From NCBI GenBank assembly GCA_964523015.1, contig CAZFXN010000008.1, positions 708-64,707 of the forward strand: 64,000 bases of DNA, read 5' to 3'. The notes beneath the pieces were generated by a model. The model was not told the origin of the DNA. It saw only the letters and a list, made by a program, of their open reading frames with translations, and searched no databases. The stretch's first letter is position 1. The number at the start of each line of letters is the position of its first letter. Made by a program: the position numbers and the translations under genes. Of this stretch, positions 31,140 through 41,987 are shown one piece after another. This DNA comes from an uncultured Bdellovibrionales bacterium (GTDB taxonomy: Bacteria > Bdellovibrionota_C > UBA2361 > J135).

Positions 31140-33101
31140 ATGTGTGGTATAACTGGTTACATAGATACGAGCTCAAACGTGCCGTTTCCTGATGCTATTA
31201 AGGCGATGACAAACACCATCACTCATCGTGGCCCTAATGATAGTGGTTATTGGGAGAATTCTAGTCTTGGCATAGCATTTGGACATCGCCGCCTTTCTAT
31301 TCTAGATGTTTCACCAGATGGCCATCAACCCATGTTATCACAAAGTCGCCGCTACGTAATTATTTTTAATGGAGAAATTTATAATTATCAGCTGATTCGT
31401 CTCGAACTAGAAAAAAATGGACATCATTTCAAAGGTCGCAGTGATACAGAAGTAATGTTAGCAGCGATCGAGGAATGGGGTTTGAATGAAGCAATCCAAA
31501 AGTTTAATGGAATGTTTGCGTTTGCTTTGTGGGATAGTAAAACTGAACTTCTACATCTTGCCCGTGATCGGATTGGCGAAAAACCTCTCTACTATGGTTG
31601 GTCTGGGGGAGCATTTTTATTTGGTTCAGAATTAAAAGCACTGAAAGCACATCCAAAATTCCAAGCTGCTATTAGCAAAGGTGCATTAGCACTAACGCTA
31701 AGACATAGCTATGTACCAACTCCTTGGAGTATATACCGAAAAATTTTCAAATTAATTCCAGGATCTATTTTATCAATCAAGGTTAATCAATGTCGGGATT
31801 GTCCTTCTGACTTCTCGCCGTTCCCAGACAAATCAGGCAATGGACTTTCTCCAATTACTTTTTGGAGCGTTGAAAATGCATTAAATAAAGGCCGTCTTGA
31901 TCCATTTGTTGGAGATGAAGAACTGGCCTCGCATGAACTAGAGAAGTTGCTTTACGATTCAGTAGGAATTCGAATGGTCGCAGACGTTCCACTAGGGGCA
32001 TTTCTATCAGGAGGCATTGATTCATCGGCGATAGTTGCGCTAATGCAAGCACAAAGCACACGCCCAGTGAGAACTTTCTCAATTGGCTTTCGCGAAAATG
32101 AATATGATGAATCTGTATATGCCCGACAAGTAGCTAACCACTTAGGTACGGAGCACACAGAATTGTATGTAGATCCACAAGATGCACTTAATGTTATCCC
32201 GTTTCTGCCGACAATGTTCGATGAACCATTCTCAGATTCTAGTCAGATTCCCACATATCTCGTTTCCAAGCTTTGTAGTGATAAAGTAACCGTAAGTTTA
32301 TCAGGGGATGGAGGTGACGAACTTTTTGGAGGGTACGAACGGTATAGTTGGGCGAATAAAATGTGGCCTGTTATAGGGAAGGTTCCACTCAATGTAAGAC
32401 AGCACTCTAGTAGGGCGATTGAATTTCTTTCAGGTTTTCAAAATCTGGGAAATTCTGAAGTCAAAAGTTATCGGACCAAAGTAGGTCAAAAAATGCAAAC
32501 TCTTGCCAGCGTGTTGAAAGCTGAAAGCAAGCAGCAGCTTTATCAAAACCTTATGTCTCACTGGTCTGGTGTTGATGAACTCGTCATTGACTATGAAAGG
32601 TTACCAACTACATTTGATAAGTATTCAGATTCCACTGCTTCGCATGATTATTTATCCGACATGATGTCTACCGATATGATTAGTTATTTGCCAGATGACA
32701 TACTAGTAAAAGTTGATAGAGCGAGCATGGCCGCGTCACTTGAAACTAGGGCACCATTTCTTGATCATAGGTTAATTGAATTTTCTCTGGCTCTGCCTTC
32801 TCACTTAAAGATAAATGGAGGCATAACCAAGCGAGTCCTGCGCCGTCTTCTTTATCGTCATATCCCTAAAACGCTTATTGATCGACCGAAGATGGGTTTT
32901 GCAATACCGATTGACCGTTGGTTGAGAGGAGAACTTCGCGAATGGGCTGAAAATCTGATTTCAGAGCGAAAACTCAAGGACCAGGGGTTATTTCATTCAG
33001 AACCAATTAGAAAAAAATGGAAGGAGCACATGAGCGGAGCTCGAGATTGGCAACATTATCTTTGGGATGTGATTATGGTGCAAGCATGGCTCGAAGCATA
33101 A
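31140..33101 (+). CDS. asnB: Asparagine synthase (glutamine-hydrolysing) family amidotransferase (AsnB/WbpS-like)
   Basis: MCGITGY N-terminal nucleophile Cys2. The SGGIDSS PP-loop matches class-II GATase + synthetase domains. Confidence 0.9.
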   Translation: MCGITGYIDTSSNVPFPDAIKAMTNTITHRGPNDSGYWENSSLGIAFGHRRLSILDVSPDGHQPMLSQSRRYVIIFNGEIYNYQLIRLELEKNGHHFKGRSDTEVMLAAIEEWGLNEAIQKFNGMFAFALWDSKTELLHLARDRIGEKPLYYGWSGGAFLFGSELKALKAHPKFQAAISKGALALTLRHSYVPTPWSIYRKIFKLIPGSILSIKVNQCRDCPSDFSPFPDKSGNGLSPITFWSVENALNKGRLDPFVGDEELASHELEKLLYDSVGIRMVADVPLGAFLSGGIDSSAIVALMQAQSTRPVRTFSIGFRENEYDESVYARQVANHLGTEHTELYVDPQDALNVIPFLPTMFDEPFSDSSQIPTYLVSKLCSDKVTVSLSGDGGDELFGGYERYSWANKMWPVIGKVPLNVRQHSSRAIEFLSGFQNLGNSEVKSYRTKVGQKMQTLASVLKAESKQQLYQNLMSHWSGVDELVIDYERLPTTFDKYSDSTASHDYLSDMMSTDMISYLPDDILVKVDRASMAASLETRAPFLDHRLIEFSLALPSHLKINGGITKRVLRRLLYRHIPKTLIDRPKMGFAIPIDRWLRGELREWAENLISERKLKDQGLFHSEPIRKKWKEHMSGARDWQHYLWDVIMVQAWLEA

Positions 33102-33264
33102 TGCTTAATGATGCGTGCCACTTCAATGGTAAGAACTCATCAAAATTGACACATGATAACCTTTTAATATTATGAGAAGGATTTGGGGATTAAGGGTTTA
33201 CATTATCCCTAGTACTTGTCATAAACCTTCCTAATATTAACCCGGTTAAATAAATGTTAAATGA

Positions 33265-34266
33265 ATGATTGATGAGCAAGCTCATATAAAGCGTGTCGTT
33301 GATTCGCTATCAAGTAAGTATTGGTCCTTTAAGTATCTTGAAGGTGGCGATTGTCCAATTGATCTTTATGCCCTTTTTGCAAAAGAACTTTCACATATTC
33401 CCCTTACCTCCTGGCCAGATCGTTTTGCTTGGGGTGGCGTTTTTATTAATGGCCATGCCGCTTTAGAAAATGTGCCTCTGACTCCGCCGTGTCGCGTCGA
33501 ATATTACGAACCGAGATACGATTATTTAAATCCTGAAGATCAATTTCCACCATTTAGATCCGAATATGTTCTTTTTACTGATGGTGAGTTGGCTTTTATT
33601 TTCAAACCTTCCGGTATTCCTTGCGTCCCGGCCAGAGAGCAGCGAAAAATTAATTTTAAGGCTCAGTTAGAAGAGTATTTTCAATGCCCGATTCACATGC
33701 CTTCCCGTCTTGATACTTCAGTGTCAGGACTCATGGCGATAAGTTTAAAAGATCGTTTTCATGATCAGCTACAACGTATGTATGAAAAAAGGATGATGAC
33801 AAAACACTATCTCCTACTCGTAAAAGGGCGGCCTACTTGGGATAAGATAACTGTAGATGCGCCGATCGGGCGTGATATGAGACACGCTGTTCTTCGTAAA
33901 GTTACTGACACCGGAAAAGCAGCTATCACAGAATTTGAGCTTCTTGGTACAGGAGAATTTAAAACACAAAACGATGCCATCATCGAAGCCTCCCTTATTA
34001 AAGCAAAACCAATTACAGGTAGAACTCACCAGATAAGGATCCATGCCGCTCATTTAGGATTTCCAATTATCGGTGATAGATTTTACGGCCATGAGGATGG
34101 CTATGACGATGATGGAAACTATGCCTCAACCGTTCACCTATTAAGTTATCAACTTAAGTTTAAACGCCCCATTACCGGTGTTGAGATTGATTTTAAAATA
34201 CCCCAGGAAATGATGCCGCAATGGAGTTATCAGATACCCTTGAACATTCACAAAGACCTGACATAA
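33265..34266 (+). CDS. RluA-family pseudouridine synthase
   Basis: RLDTSVSGLMAI catalytic Asp motif and GRTHQIRIHAAHLGFPIIGDRFYG motif III. Confidence 0.8.
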   Translation: MIDEQAHIKRVVDSLSSKYWSFKYLEGGDCPIDLYALFAKELSHIPLTSWPDRFAWGGVFINGHAALENVPLTPPCRVEYYEPRYDYLNPEDQFPPFRSEYVLFTDGELAFIFKPSGIPCVPAREQRKINFKAQLEEYFQCPIHMPSRLDTSVSGLMAISLKDRFHDQLQRMYEKRMMTKHYLLLVKGRPTWDKITVDAPIGRDMRHAVLRKVTDTGKAAITEFELLGTGEFKTQNDAIIEASLIKAKPITGRTHQIRIHAAHLGFPIIGDRFYGHEDGYDDDGNYASTVHLLSYQLKFKRPITGVEIDFKIPQEMMPQWSYQIPLNIHKDLT

Positions 34267-34276
34267 TCGTACCCAT

Positions 34277-35779
34277 ATGTGGACCCGTTTTTTTGAAAGA
34301 GCTTTAGTGCTCACTATATTATTGTGCATCTTTATCCCTATCTCCCTTAATCGACTTATCGCCGGGGATGAGGGATTCTATGTTTTGGCAGCAAAGTTAG
34401 TTGCCTCTGGCGATCGACTTTACTCTGATTTCTTCTATCCTCAGATGCCGCTATTGCCATGGATCTACGGAACCTGGATGCGCATGTTTGGTCCTACCTG
34501 GGAATCAGTAAGAATTCTTGCCGGAATATTCAGTGCCCTAATTGGATACTTAATTTACCTCCATCTTTTAGCTTTTAATCGAAGGTGGGCAATCTTTGGA
34601 ATTTTTCTATTTGTTACTTCAACCTTAGTATTTGCCTGGTATGGCACAGTAAAAACTTTTTCTATCTCAATTTTATTTCTGTTTAGCTCTTACTATCTAC
34701 TCGATAAAAAGTCCTCTCTTAATAGTTGGATAAAACTAGTATTGGCTGGGATTCTGTTTGGGCTCTCTGTTGAGACACGCCTTTTCTTTGCTGGATTATA
34801 TCCGATCTTCTTACTTCTGATTTTCATTCGCCCCGACCCTATGACCGGATTCTTGAAATCGGCCCTTTTATTCTCTCTTGGATGCACAATTGCACTCTTT
34901 CCCTCGATCTATCTAGCAATTTCAAACTTTGATATCTTCTACTTTAATAATCTTGGGTATCACCTTATTCGATCAGATCGAGGTGATGACGCAATGATGC
35001 GGGCAAAACTAACTATTCTTAATACTGTTTTAGGATTACGAGATTCTCATCAAATTACAGGATATCAATTACCAACACTTTTAGTTTTATCTGGCTTTTA
35101 TGCTTTTGGATCCATATTTTCAAAGACAAAGATTGATAGTGCATTTATAGTTGCTCTCGGTCTCTTTATTTTAAACTTCATACCGAGCCCCTCTTATGTT
35201 CAGTATTTTTCTACCTTAATGCCATTTCTGATTATTGGTGCAGTTTCATCGCTGTACTCTCTTTATAAGTTTTACTTACAAAACACTTATCGTCCTAAAA
35301 AAAGTCTGGCTTTTATCTCTATCTTACTATTCTCTGCAATTTTCATCACAGGATCTTATGAAGATCTTCAAAAGTATATGAAAAATGGTATCGGTGTAAT
35401 TGGAATAGGACCAGGTGATGCTCCTAATAAAACAATCTCTGCAGTTAGTGAGATTGGAGAAAAGATCTCTCAGTCAATTAATCCAAACGAAGAGGTCTTA
35501 GCCGAATGGCCAGGATTCTTAATTAATAGCACAGCTAAGCCGGTTCCTGGTTTAGAGAATAATTTTGGCTGGAAAGTCGGACATAAGATCTCTCCTGAGT
35601 TACGTAGGAAATATAAGATAATCTCACGAGATGAGATTAAAAAACTTATTCAAAATGGAGTTCCCTCATCTGTGATACTTGAAGTCAAAAGTTATAAACG
35701 AAATTATAAAAACTCAATGAATCTGTATGATATTGCCTGGAAAGATCATGGGGTGATCTTTTTTAGAAAGAAGGCTTAG
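34277..35779 (+). CDS. Polytopic membrane protein, GT-C-fold (ArnT/PMT/DUF2723-like) glycosyltransferase candidate
   Basis: ~11 predicted TM segments. N-terminal loop with an acidic motif (AGDEGFY). Call is by architecture only. Confidence 0.45.
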   Translation: MWTRFFERALVLTILLCIFIPISLNRLIAGDEGFYVLAAKLVASGDRLYSDFFYPQMPLLPWIYGTWMRMFGPTWESVRILAGIFSALIGYLIYLHLLAFNRRWAIFGIFLFVTSTLVFAWYGTVKTFSISILFLFSSYYLLDKKSSLNSWIKLVLAGILFGLSVETRLFFAGLYPIFLLLIFIRPDPMTGFLKSALLFSLGCTIALFPSIYLAISNFDIFYFNNLGYHLIRSDRGDDAMMRAKLTILNTVLGLRDSHQITGYQLPTLLVLSGFYAFGSIFSKTKIDSAFIVALGLFILNFIPSPSYVQYFSTLMPFLIIGAVSSLYSLYKFYLQNTYRPKKSLAFISILLFSAIFITGSYEDLQKYMKNGIGVIGIGPGDAPNKTISAVSEIGEKISQSINPNEEVLAEWPGFLINSTAKPVPGLENNFGWKVGHKISPELRRKYKIISRDEIKKLIQNGVPSSVILEVKSYKRNYKNSMNLYDIAWKDHGVIFFRKKA

Positions 35780-35801
35780 GAAAAAGGCACAGGGAAAAGG
35801 C

Positions 35802-36557
35802 TCAAGAAAAAGACTGCTTAGAACCCTGAATCTTATTCCATTCATCTTCAAGGGCTTTAGTTATCTGAGATAGCTGAGTAATTCTCTTTTTAAGATATAT
35901 AAAACTTCCAGCTTCATGCACTTTTTGGTTTTCTGGATAGTTAAAACTAGTTGGGCTAGAGCAGATCGTTTCTTTATTTAAAAATGCTCTTAAAATGGGA
36001 ATAAAGATACTATCCCAGGTATCGCCATACTCCCCTTTATAATTCAAAAAATATCCGGCTACCCTACTTGAAAATATTCTTGGACCAAAAAAGAGATCGA
36101 GCTTCAGTCCTGTTAGTTCACGCCAAAATTCATTCCCTAAAGATTCAACATGCTGCTGAAATTCAGGATATGAGGAGAGATCTTTTCTGTGAGGGATCAC
36201 AATCGAGGCCTGCCCCTCCTCAATTGGTTGACATAATTTAGGGATATCAGGAATAAACCCTTTCTTTTCAAGCTCAGTATATACAATTGTGGTAAAGCCA
36301 GAATTAACAGCGTGCTCGATAGCTTCTCTCCTAGCAGCACCCATCGTTGAGCCACGCTGCACAATAACCTCAACACCCTGATCCTTCAACGCACGGTTAA
36401 ATGTTAGGTCAGAGCCCCCATCAACTGAAATAACTTTAATGAGAAGATCCTTTGCCTCACTAGCAGCCCTAAGAGCGAGATCCGCTCTTAACATATCTCC
36501 CTTAGAGACATGTTTAAAAAGTGTTGAGGTAACTATGGCTATATTTTGAGTAATCAT
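35802..36557 (-). CDS. Hypothetical protein translationally coupled to the giant protein (possible divergent GT-A/Rossmann-like fold)
   Basis: Start ATG directly abuts the TAG stop of ORF 36558-41987 (TAGATG). IAIVTS...VISVDGGSD resembles a nucleotide-binding/GT-A N-terminus, but there is no confident family match. Confidence 0.5.
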   Translation of the reverse strand: MITQNIAIVTSTLFKHVSKGDMLRADLALRAASEAKDLLIKVISVDGGSDLTFNRALKDQGVEVIVQRGSTMGAARREAIEHAVNSGFTTIVYTELEKKGFIPDIPKLCQPIEEGQASIVIPHRKDLSSYPEFQQHVESLGNEFWRELTGLKLDLFFGPRIFSSRVAGYFLNYKGEYGDTWDSIFIPILRAFLNKETICSSPTSFNYPENQKVHEAGSFIYLKKRITQLSQITKALEDEWNKIQGSKQSFS

Positions 36558-39500
36558 CTACCCGTCATCATCTACCACAAATACAAACTTTTCAACTGAA
36601 GTTAAGCGAGATTCGTAATCAACCACATCTTTATTTTTCTCAACCTCTGTCCCTGAATCAACATAAAAGATCTTATCTGTAGGGCGTTTTTTAAGAGAAT
36701 AGATAGAGGAGCTTGTGGTTGTTTCTTTTTCCTTAACAACTCTCTCTACTGCCACATATTCTTTTTGTAATACGTTTCGCTTCCTTCGCTCTTTGCCTGG
36801 AAGTGAAATTGGGCTAGGACTAAACTCGCTCTCTTCATATTTAATTCCACTAGGATTCCTTATCGAAGACTTATATGGATTCTCATCAATGTTAAGTCCA
36901 AAACCCATTCTTCTACGACGTTTAGTTTGCTCCTCTGTTCCTGTTTTATTTTTTGAAGGATTGGATTCTGGTACCTTATATAGTTCTGGATACGGTTCTG
37001 GAGATAGAAAAGGCTCCGGATGAAGTTTTAATTTTGCTTTGGTTACTGGCTCTACTTGAGGTTGCGGTCTTGTACTAAGTTCTGGTTTAAGGTCTACTTT
37101 TGTTTCTGCTGGTTTCTCTTTAGGAGATAATTCTACCCCAAATAAAGAGAGATCCTCATTTACTCTAGCTAAGTCTTTTTCAATCTTGGTTTTGGATTCT
37201 TCAAGTTTTACGATCTCTTCTTTAATGATCTCCTTAGCCGCATCTGAATATGTAAGATCAGATACCTTCTTTTGTAGTTGATCTAGTTTCTTTTGTTCTA
37301 CAGCTAGCTTTTTCTCTGTTTCAAGTTTATTTTTCTGAAGCGCTTCGATTCCTTCATCAAAAGATGGTGGTTTTTCTTTAGAAGTGAGGTCGACCTTTGG
37401 TTTTGTAATTGGCTCAGGCTTATCGAGCACAGCAACACCAACCTCTTTCTCTTTAAGCTCTAAAGATAGCTCATATTCACTAGAATCCCCTTTCGTATCT
37501 TTGTAACTACCGCCACCATTACTATCACGACCACCGCTACTATCTCCGCTACTATTCTTTCCACCATTCCCCTCTCCATCTTTAAGAATAGTTCTTGTTG
37601 GCTCTTTAGAGTTTTTAAATGCATCCTCGGCCCATGAGATATCTATCTCGTTACTTTTTGATGGTCCGTCTTGGGATATACGTAGCTCAGGAGCGGCAAA
37701 CTTTCCTTCATCTAAGTCAAACTTAATAGAAGTTTCATGAGGATCACTGGCTGTAATGTTTTTTCTAAGATCTCTTAATGTCTTTATCGGATCATCTACT
37801 AATTTTCCTATCGTATAGTTAGCTCCAGCATAAACTACAGCAACTGCTACAGCAGCTCCGGCTTCTCTTTGAAGTGTTTCAAAAAGTTTTGTTTTTTCTT
37901 CGGCAGAGAGATCCATCTGCGAAATTGAATACGCTGCATCTGCTAGTGGCAAGGTTATTCCTGCTACAGTAAGTGCAGTAACGGCCTTACCGCCAAAGGC
38001 TGTGGTGTTTCCAACAAAATCTTTTGCAAACTGTTGCCGCATAATCAGCTTGGCATCCTCTTTTGAGAGATCGGCTAAGGCATCAGTAGTAATCCTGCCT
38101 CCTGCTTTCATAGTAAATCCAACACCTTTTAGCGGAGCAAAGATGCTAACGACATCTGCTGCTAAAAAAATCATGTCAAAGAGGGTTTGCTTTGCTGAAA
38201 TATCATTAATGCCGGTTGCATACGCATCATCTATCCGATCCCAACCTCGAGCGACGTTTCTAACTTTAAGATATCCAGTTCCAGCAGCTACACCAACTAA
38301 TCCACCCACAGCAGCTCCAGGAAGAGCGCCAACTCCAAAGAACCAAACGCCTATTACAGCACCTGCAGCAGCACCACCAACTGCACCTCCTAATCCGAAA
38401 CCAACTGCCTCTCCTAATGATTCACTGTTGGTTTCTGAAAGTGCGACTTGCAAGGCCGAAGCTAAATTCCCCTCTTTATTTTCTTTAAATGAATCAAGTG
38501 CACGCTCAATAAAATCGACACCTTTATAGTACTCTCTCTGACTTTCCAATTGATCAAATGTTTCCTTAGCTAATGATGGGGCTTTAATTCTTAGGAGTGT
38601 ATTTGCCTCAATAATAGCTAGCGCTCCGATCTCTTCCTGAGATAATGACATATCTCTGCCACGAGCAATCTTTGCTTCCTCTGCATACCTAAGAGATCTT
38701 ATTTTAAGAGCTGTTTCGAGTTGTAAATCATAGTCTCCTGAAATAGCTATTGCTGATAGAGTAGCCGCCTTACTAAAAACCGCTTCCTTATATAAACTTT
38801 GACCATATGGAATAGTTACTAACTCTTCTGCTAAATCACTAGCACTACTCATAGCTACGAGGGCACTATTATAATCCCCAATTGCGACTAAATAATTTCC
38901 TTTGGCGATATCTGATTGAACGATCTGAGAGAGTAAAACTTCTAATTCAACCTGATTTTTTACTTCACTTAATTTTTCTGACGCTCTTTTAGATACACTC
39001 TCTAAAACCTGTCTCATGGCATTTAATGAGTTAACATCGCCGTGAGTTGCTGCATAATCTGCAAATTTTGAAGATCGATTTATAAACTGATTCTGCTGCT
39101 CAATATTTAATGTCTCAAATTGAGTAAGAACTCTCTTTAGATCACTCTCTTTTAAAAATAAAACCTGAGTATCACTTCTAAAGAAACTTACTAGTTCGTT
39201 AAACTCTCTATTTTCTGGTGAAATATTTCTTTTCTCAGTTGGCGTGAGAGAACTTCCAGCAACTCCTAATGAAGCGGCAACCTCAGAAATATATTCTACC
39301 TTAGCTAAGTCATCTCTCCCTGATTGAGAATAAATCGCTCCTAAAATTGAGTGCTTCTCAACATCAATCTGCCTTAATGTTCCAGCGATATCTTCAACAT
39401 TACCGGTACTTTCATAAACTGCTTGAAGCTGTACCTTTACTCCGTCCAATGTTTCTTTCACTTCAGTAAGACACCGCTCATGTTCTTTTTCAAATTTTTT

Positions 39501-41987
39501 AACTAGGGCTGGATCTCTTACTCCATTTGGCAGAGATCTTTCATAAGCTAATTCCTCATGAACAGCATAATTTCTAATTGCTCTTACTTTATATAAACTA
39601 AGCCCAGTCATCTTTTGCATTAATTCAAGTTGTTGCATCCCGGTTAAGGATTGCTCTCTAAGAGCTTCTTTTAATACTTTAATACTTTGATTAATGCTGC
39701 TTTCAAATATTTCAGGTTTGTATTGAGAGAGATGATATTCAGCGTGATTCGCTAAAATTTTAGCTTCAGTTAATTTTACTTCAACAAAGAGCTGAGCACC
39801 CATGTCACGAACTCTTGGATCACTACTATTTAAAAGGTCTGCAATCCTCTTCTCTGAATCGCTTAATCCATTTAGATCCAAAGTTGCTACAATTAAATTC
39901 CGTGCTTCTAAATTTTGTGCTTTTAAATTCTGTTCGGATGTTTTTTCAAAGGTATTAACGCTCTTTAATATTCCAAGCATCTCTTCATTTTCTGAGAGCT
40001 TAACGTACTGTGCTCTCATGGCATTTAGCATCTCTTCAGCTTTCGCTCGACCCTCTATGGTCATAGGAGTATCGCTTTTAAGACTCTTTTCCACTTCAGG
40101 ATCTAAAACCATCTCAAGGGCTAAGATCTGACCCTCTAATTTTACTCTTTCAAACTTACTGCCATTTGGTGTCAGTGACAGTGAAATTTCAGTACCCTGT
40201 GGTAAGAATCCTTCCCCTTTAAGAAGAACCTCTGCTATTTCTGGATTGCTTTGAGCTAAAAGTTTTAGATGAAGTGAAGTAACATTATCTCTTGGAATAT
40301 CAAAAAGTGCAGCAGTAACAGCTATAACGGATCTCTCTTCTGTTAGAACTGCAACATTTTCAGCATCATGATTAAGACTATAATTAATTCCTCTATTTTG
40401 AAGAGTTACTCTATTAAAAAGTTCATTTCTTACATCAGAGAGAACACTCCTAATCCCATCGGCCCTCTCAGCATAAGCTCTGAGAGTTGGATCATGACTT
40501 AAGGTTGCATCAGTAACTAGCTTATCAGCCGTATCTGCAATATGACTCTTTGAAACATCACTCTTTGAAACATTACCACCTAATTCTAAAGATATTTTTC
40601 TAGCTTCATTTAACTCACCAAGATCTGAGAAAACTCTAATTAATCTAAGTGAGGTTTCACCATCACGCTCTAACTTTTGAGCTTCTTGTGCTAGTAACTT
40701 AGCTTCATCAGTTTTACCTTTTAATGTTGCTAGCTCTGCTAATGCAGTAAAACCTAATGCTCTCTTTGTGCTAAGATCTCGGCCATTAACATCAATCCTT
40801 TCAAGCTCGATCAACTCTTTTGCAAGTTTTCCGATTAATCGCTCCTCCGCAACAGGTATCAAAGTTGTAAGATTGGCCTTAGATACCCCTGTTTCTGCCT
40901 CGATCTGTTTTACTTCAGGCCAGGCATATTCTTTAAAAGAGATCGATTCGATTTTTCTTGCTTCCAAAATTGCTCTTAAATAAAGAGCCTTGGCATCTTG
41001 GTCTTGAGGATTTTTTTCTAAATATTCTGAAAGTGTGTTTGCTGCGGCAATTGCCTTTCCACGAATTCGACTCTCATCTCTTCCTTCATAAACTAAGGAA
41101 GCTGATTCCTCAGCTACGATCACTCTTAGTTCGCAATTTTTTAAAGTTATCTCTCGACTTTGCTCAAAAGGAAGTTCCGCTTTATGCGCCTTTAACAGAT
41201 CATCAAAGAGACCGACTGAGTGTTCAAGTGCACGGAGTCTAATCTCTGGTTTAAGATCAGAATCTAACCCTTGGGCTATTCCCATCTCAGCAAATTTTTT
41301 AATTCCATCGATTGGCAGTGGAAGTTTATGATCTTCCGCTGCTAAAACTGCATCAGTTACAGCTTGGGCAGTATTATCTAGATCATATTTATCTAGCTCT
41401 TTCCCCTCTTTTTTAATTTTATCAATCCGAGCAAAATATAGGTCAATTGCTAAAAGCCTATTATCGTAAAGCTCTTGTCCATAAAGAGTAACATACTCAG
41501 TTTCAACTTTATCGATTCGTTCCTCAATCTGGTCTAAACTTAATGCCCAGATTTTTTCAACTTTACGAAATTCCCTTTCTGCTAGTTCCTGCTCTGCAAA
41601 TGCACGAGATAATACAGGGCTACTCATAAGATCTTGATGTTCAGCCACTCTCTGTTTTTCTAGTTCTTCACGCTTTCTTTTTTCTTGAAGGTGAACTTCC
41701 CGTTCTATCCCAATTTCATCTTGAAGACTTTGAGCTCTTTGTGTATCCGTAACATTAAGCAAATTTGAAACGTAGGCAGGTTTTGTTTTATTTAAATCCT
41801 GCTCGTATTCAGCTTGATGCCTTCTTAAGCTCTCAACCTCCTGTTTCTGAACTGCTTCAGCAGATTTGGGATCCTGATTTTTAGATGAAGAGGTAGATAA
41901 AGAGGTAGTTGCAGAAGCGTTTGCTAGATCCGTCCCCTGCTCATTAGAGTTGGTATTTTTAAGATCAATATCTTGACGAGCCACCAC
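36558..41987 (-). CDS. Giant (1809 aa) coiled-coil/low-complexity protein with central bilobed glycine-zipper hydrophobic domain; effector-/Inc-like or surface protein
   Basis: Uninterrupted 5.4-kb ORF with a GTG start. Predominantly E/K/L/A-rich helical sequence. A ~45-aa Gly/Ala/Val hydrophobic bilobe (GFGLGGAVGGAAAGAVIGVWFFGVGALPGAAVGGLVGVAAGTG) is encoded at ~38275-38420. The C-terminus is K/E/P-rich. Confidence 0.7.
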   Translation of the reverse strand: MVARQDIDLKNTNSNEQGTDLANASATTSLSTSSSKNQDPKSAEAVQKQEVESLRRHQAEYEQDLNKTKPAYVSNLLNVTDTQRAQSLQDEIGIEREVHLQEKRKREELEKQRVAEHQDLMSSPVLSRAFAEQELAEREFRKVEKIWALSLDQIEERIDKVETEYVTLYGQELYDNRLLAIDLYFARIDKIKKEGKELDKYDLDNTAQAVTDAVLAAEDHKLPLPIDGIKKFAEMGIAQGLDSDLKPEIRLRALEHSVGLFDDLLKAHKAELPFEQSREITLKNCELRVIVAEESASLVYEGRDESRIRGKAIAAANTLSEYLEKNPQDQDAKALYLRAILEARKIESISFKEYAWPEVKQIEAETGVSKANLTTLIPVAEERLIGKLAKELIELERIDVNGRDLSTKRALGFTALAELATLKGKTDEAKLLAQEAQKLERDGETSLRLIRVFSDLGELNEARKISLELGGNVSKSDVSKSHIADTADKLVTDATLSHDPTLRAYAERADGIRSVLSDVRNELFNRVTLQNRGINYSLNHDAENVAVLTEERSVIAVTAALFDIPRDNVTSLHLKLLAQSNPEIAEVLLKGEGFLPQGTEISLSLTPNGSKFERVKLEGQILALEMVLDPEVEKSLKSDTPMTIEGRAKAEEMLNAMRAQYVKLSENEEMLGILKSVNTFEKTSEQNLKAQNLEARNLIVATLDLNGLSDSEKRIADLLNSSDPRVRDMGAQLFVEVKLTEAKILANHAEYHLSQYKPEIFESSINQSIKVLKEALREQSLTGMQQLELMQKMTGLSLYKVRAIRNYAVHEELAYERSLPNGVRDPALVKKFEKEHERCLTEVKETLDGVKVQLQAVYESTGNVEDIAGTLRQIDVEKHSILGAIYSQSGRDDLAKVEYISEVAASLGVAGSSLTPTEKRNISPENREFNELVSFFRSDTQVLFLKESDLKRVLTQFETLNIEQQNQFINRSSKFADYAATHGDVNSLNAMRQVLESVSKRASEKLSEVKNQVELEVLLSQIVQSDIAKGNYLVAIGDYNSALVAMSSASDLAEELVTIPYGQSLYKEAVFSKAATLSAIAISGDYDLQLETALKIRSLRYAEEAKIARGRDMSLSQEEIGALAIIEANTLLRIKAPSLAKETFDQLESQREYYKGVDFIERALDSFKENKEGNLASALQVALSETNSESLGEAVGFGLGGAVGGAAAGAVIGVWFFGVGALPGAAVGGLVGVAAGTGYLKVRNVARGWDRIDDAYATGINDISAKQTLFDMIFLAADVVSIFAPLKGVGFTMKAGGRITTDALADLSKEDAKLIMRQQFAKDFVGNTTAFGGKAVTALTVAGITLPLADAAYSISQMDLSAEEKTKLFETLQREAGAAVAVAVVYAGANYTIGKLVDDPIKTLRDLRKNITASDPHETSIKFDLDEGKFAAPELRISQDGPSKSNEIDISWAEDAFKNSKEPTRTILKDGEGNGGKNSSGDSSGGRDSNGGGSYKDTKGDSSEYELSLELKEKEVGVAVLDKPEPITKPKVDLTSKEKPPSFDEGIEALQKNKLETEKKLAVEQKKLDQLQKKVSDLTYSDAAKEIIKEEIVKLEESKTKIEKDLARVNEDLSLFGVELSPKEKPAETKVDLKPELSTRPQPQVEPVTKAKLKLHPEPFLSPEPYPELYKVPESNPSKNKTGTEEQTKRRRRMGFGLNIDENPYKSSIRNPSGIKYEESEFSPSPISLPGKERRKRNVLQKEYVAVERVVKEKETTTSSSIYSLKKRPTDKIFYVDSGTEVEKNKDVVDYESRLTSVEKFVFVVDDDG

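Noticed and set aside
38002..38529. 175-aa plus-strand ORF (P/A/T-rich) antisense to the glycine-zipper region of the giant gene
   Set aside because: It is a low-complexity mirror translation of the Gly/Ala-rich coding repeat on the other strand.
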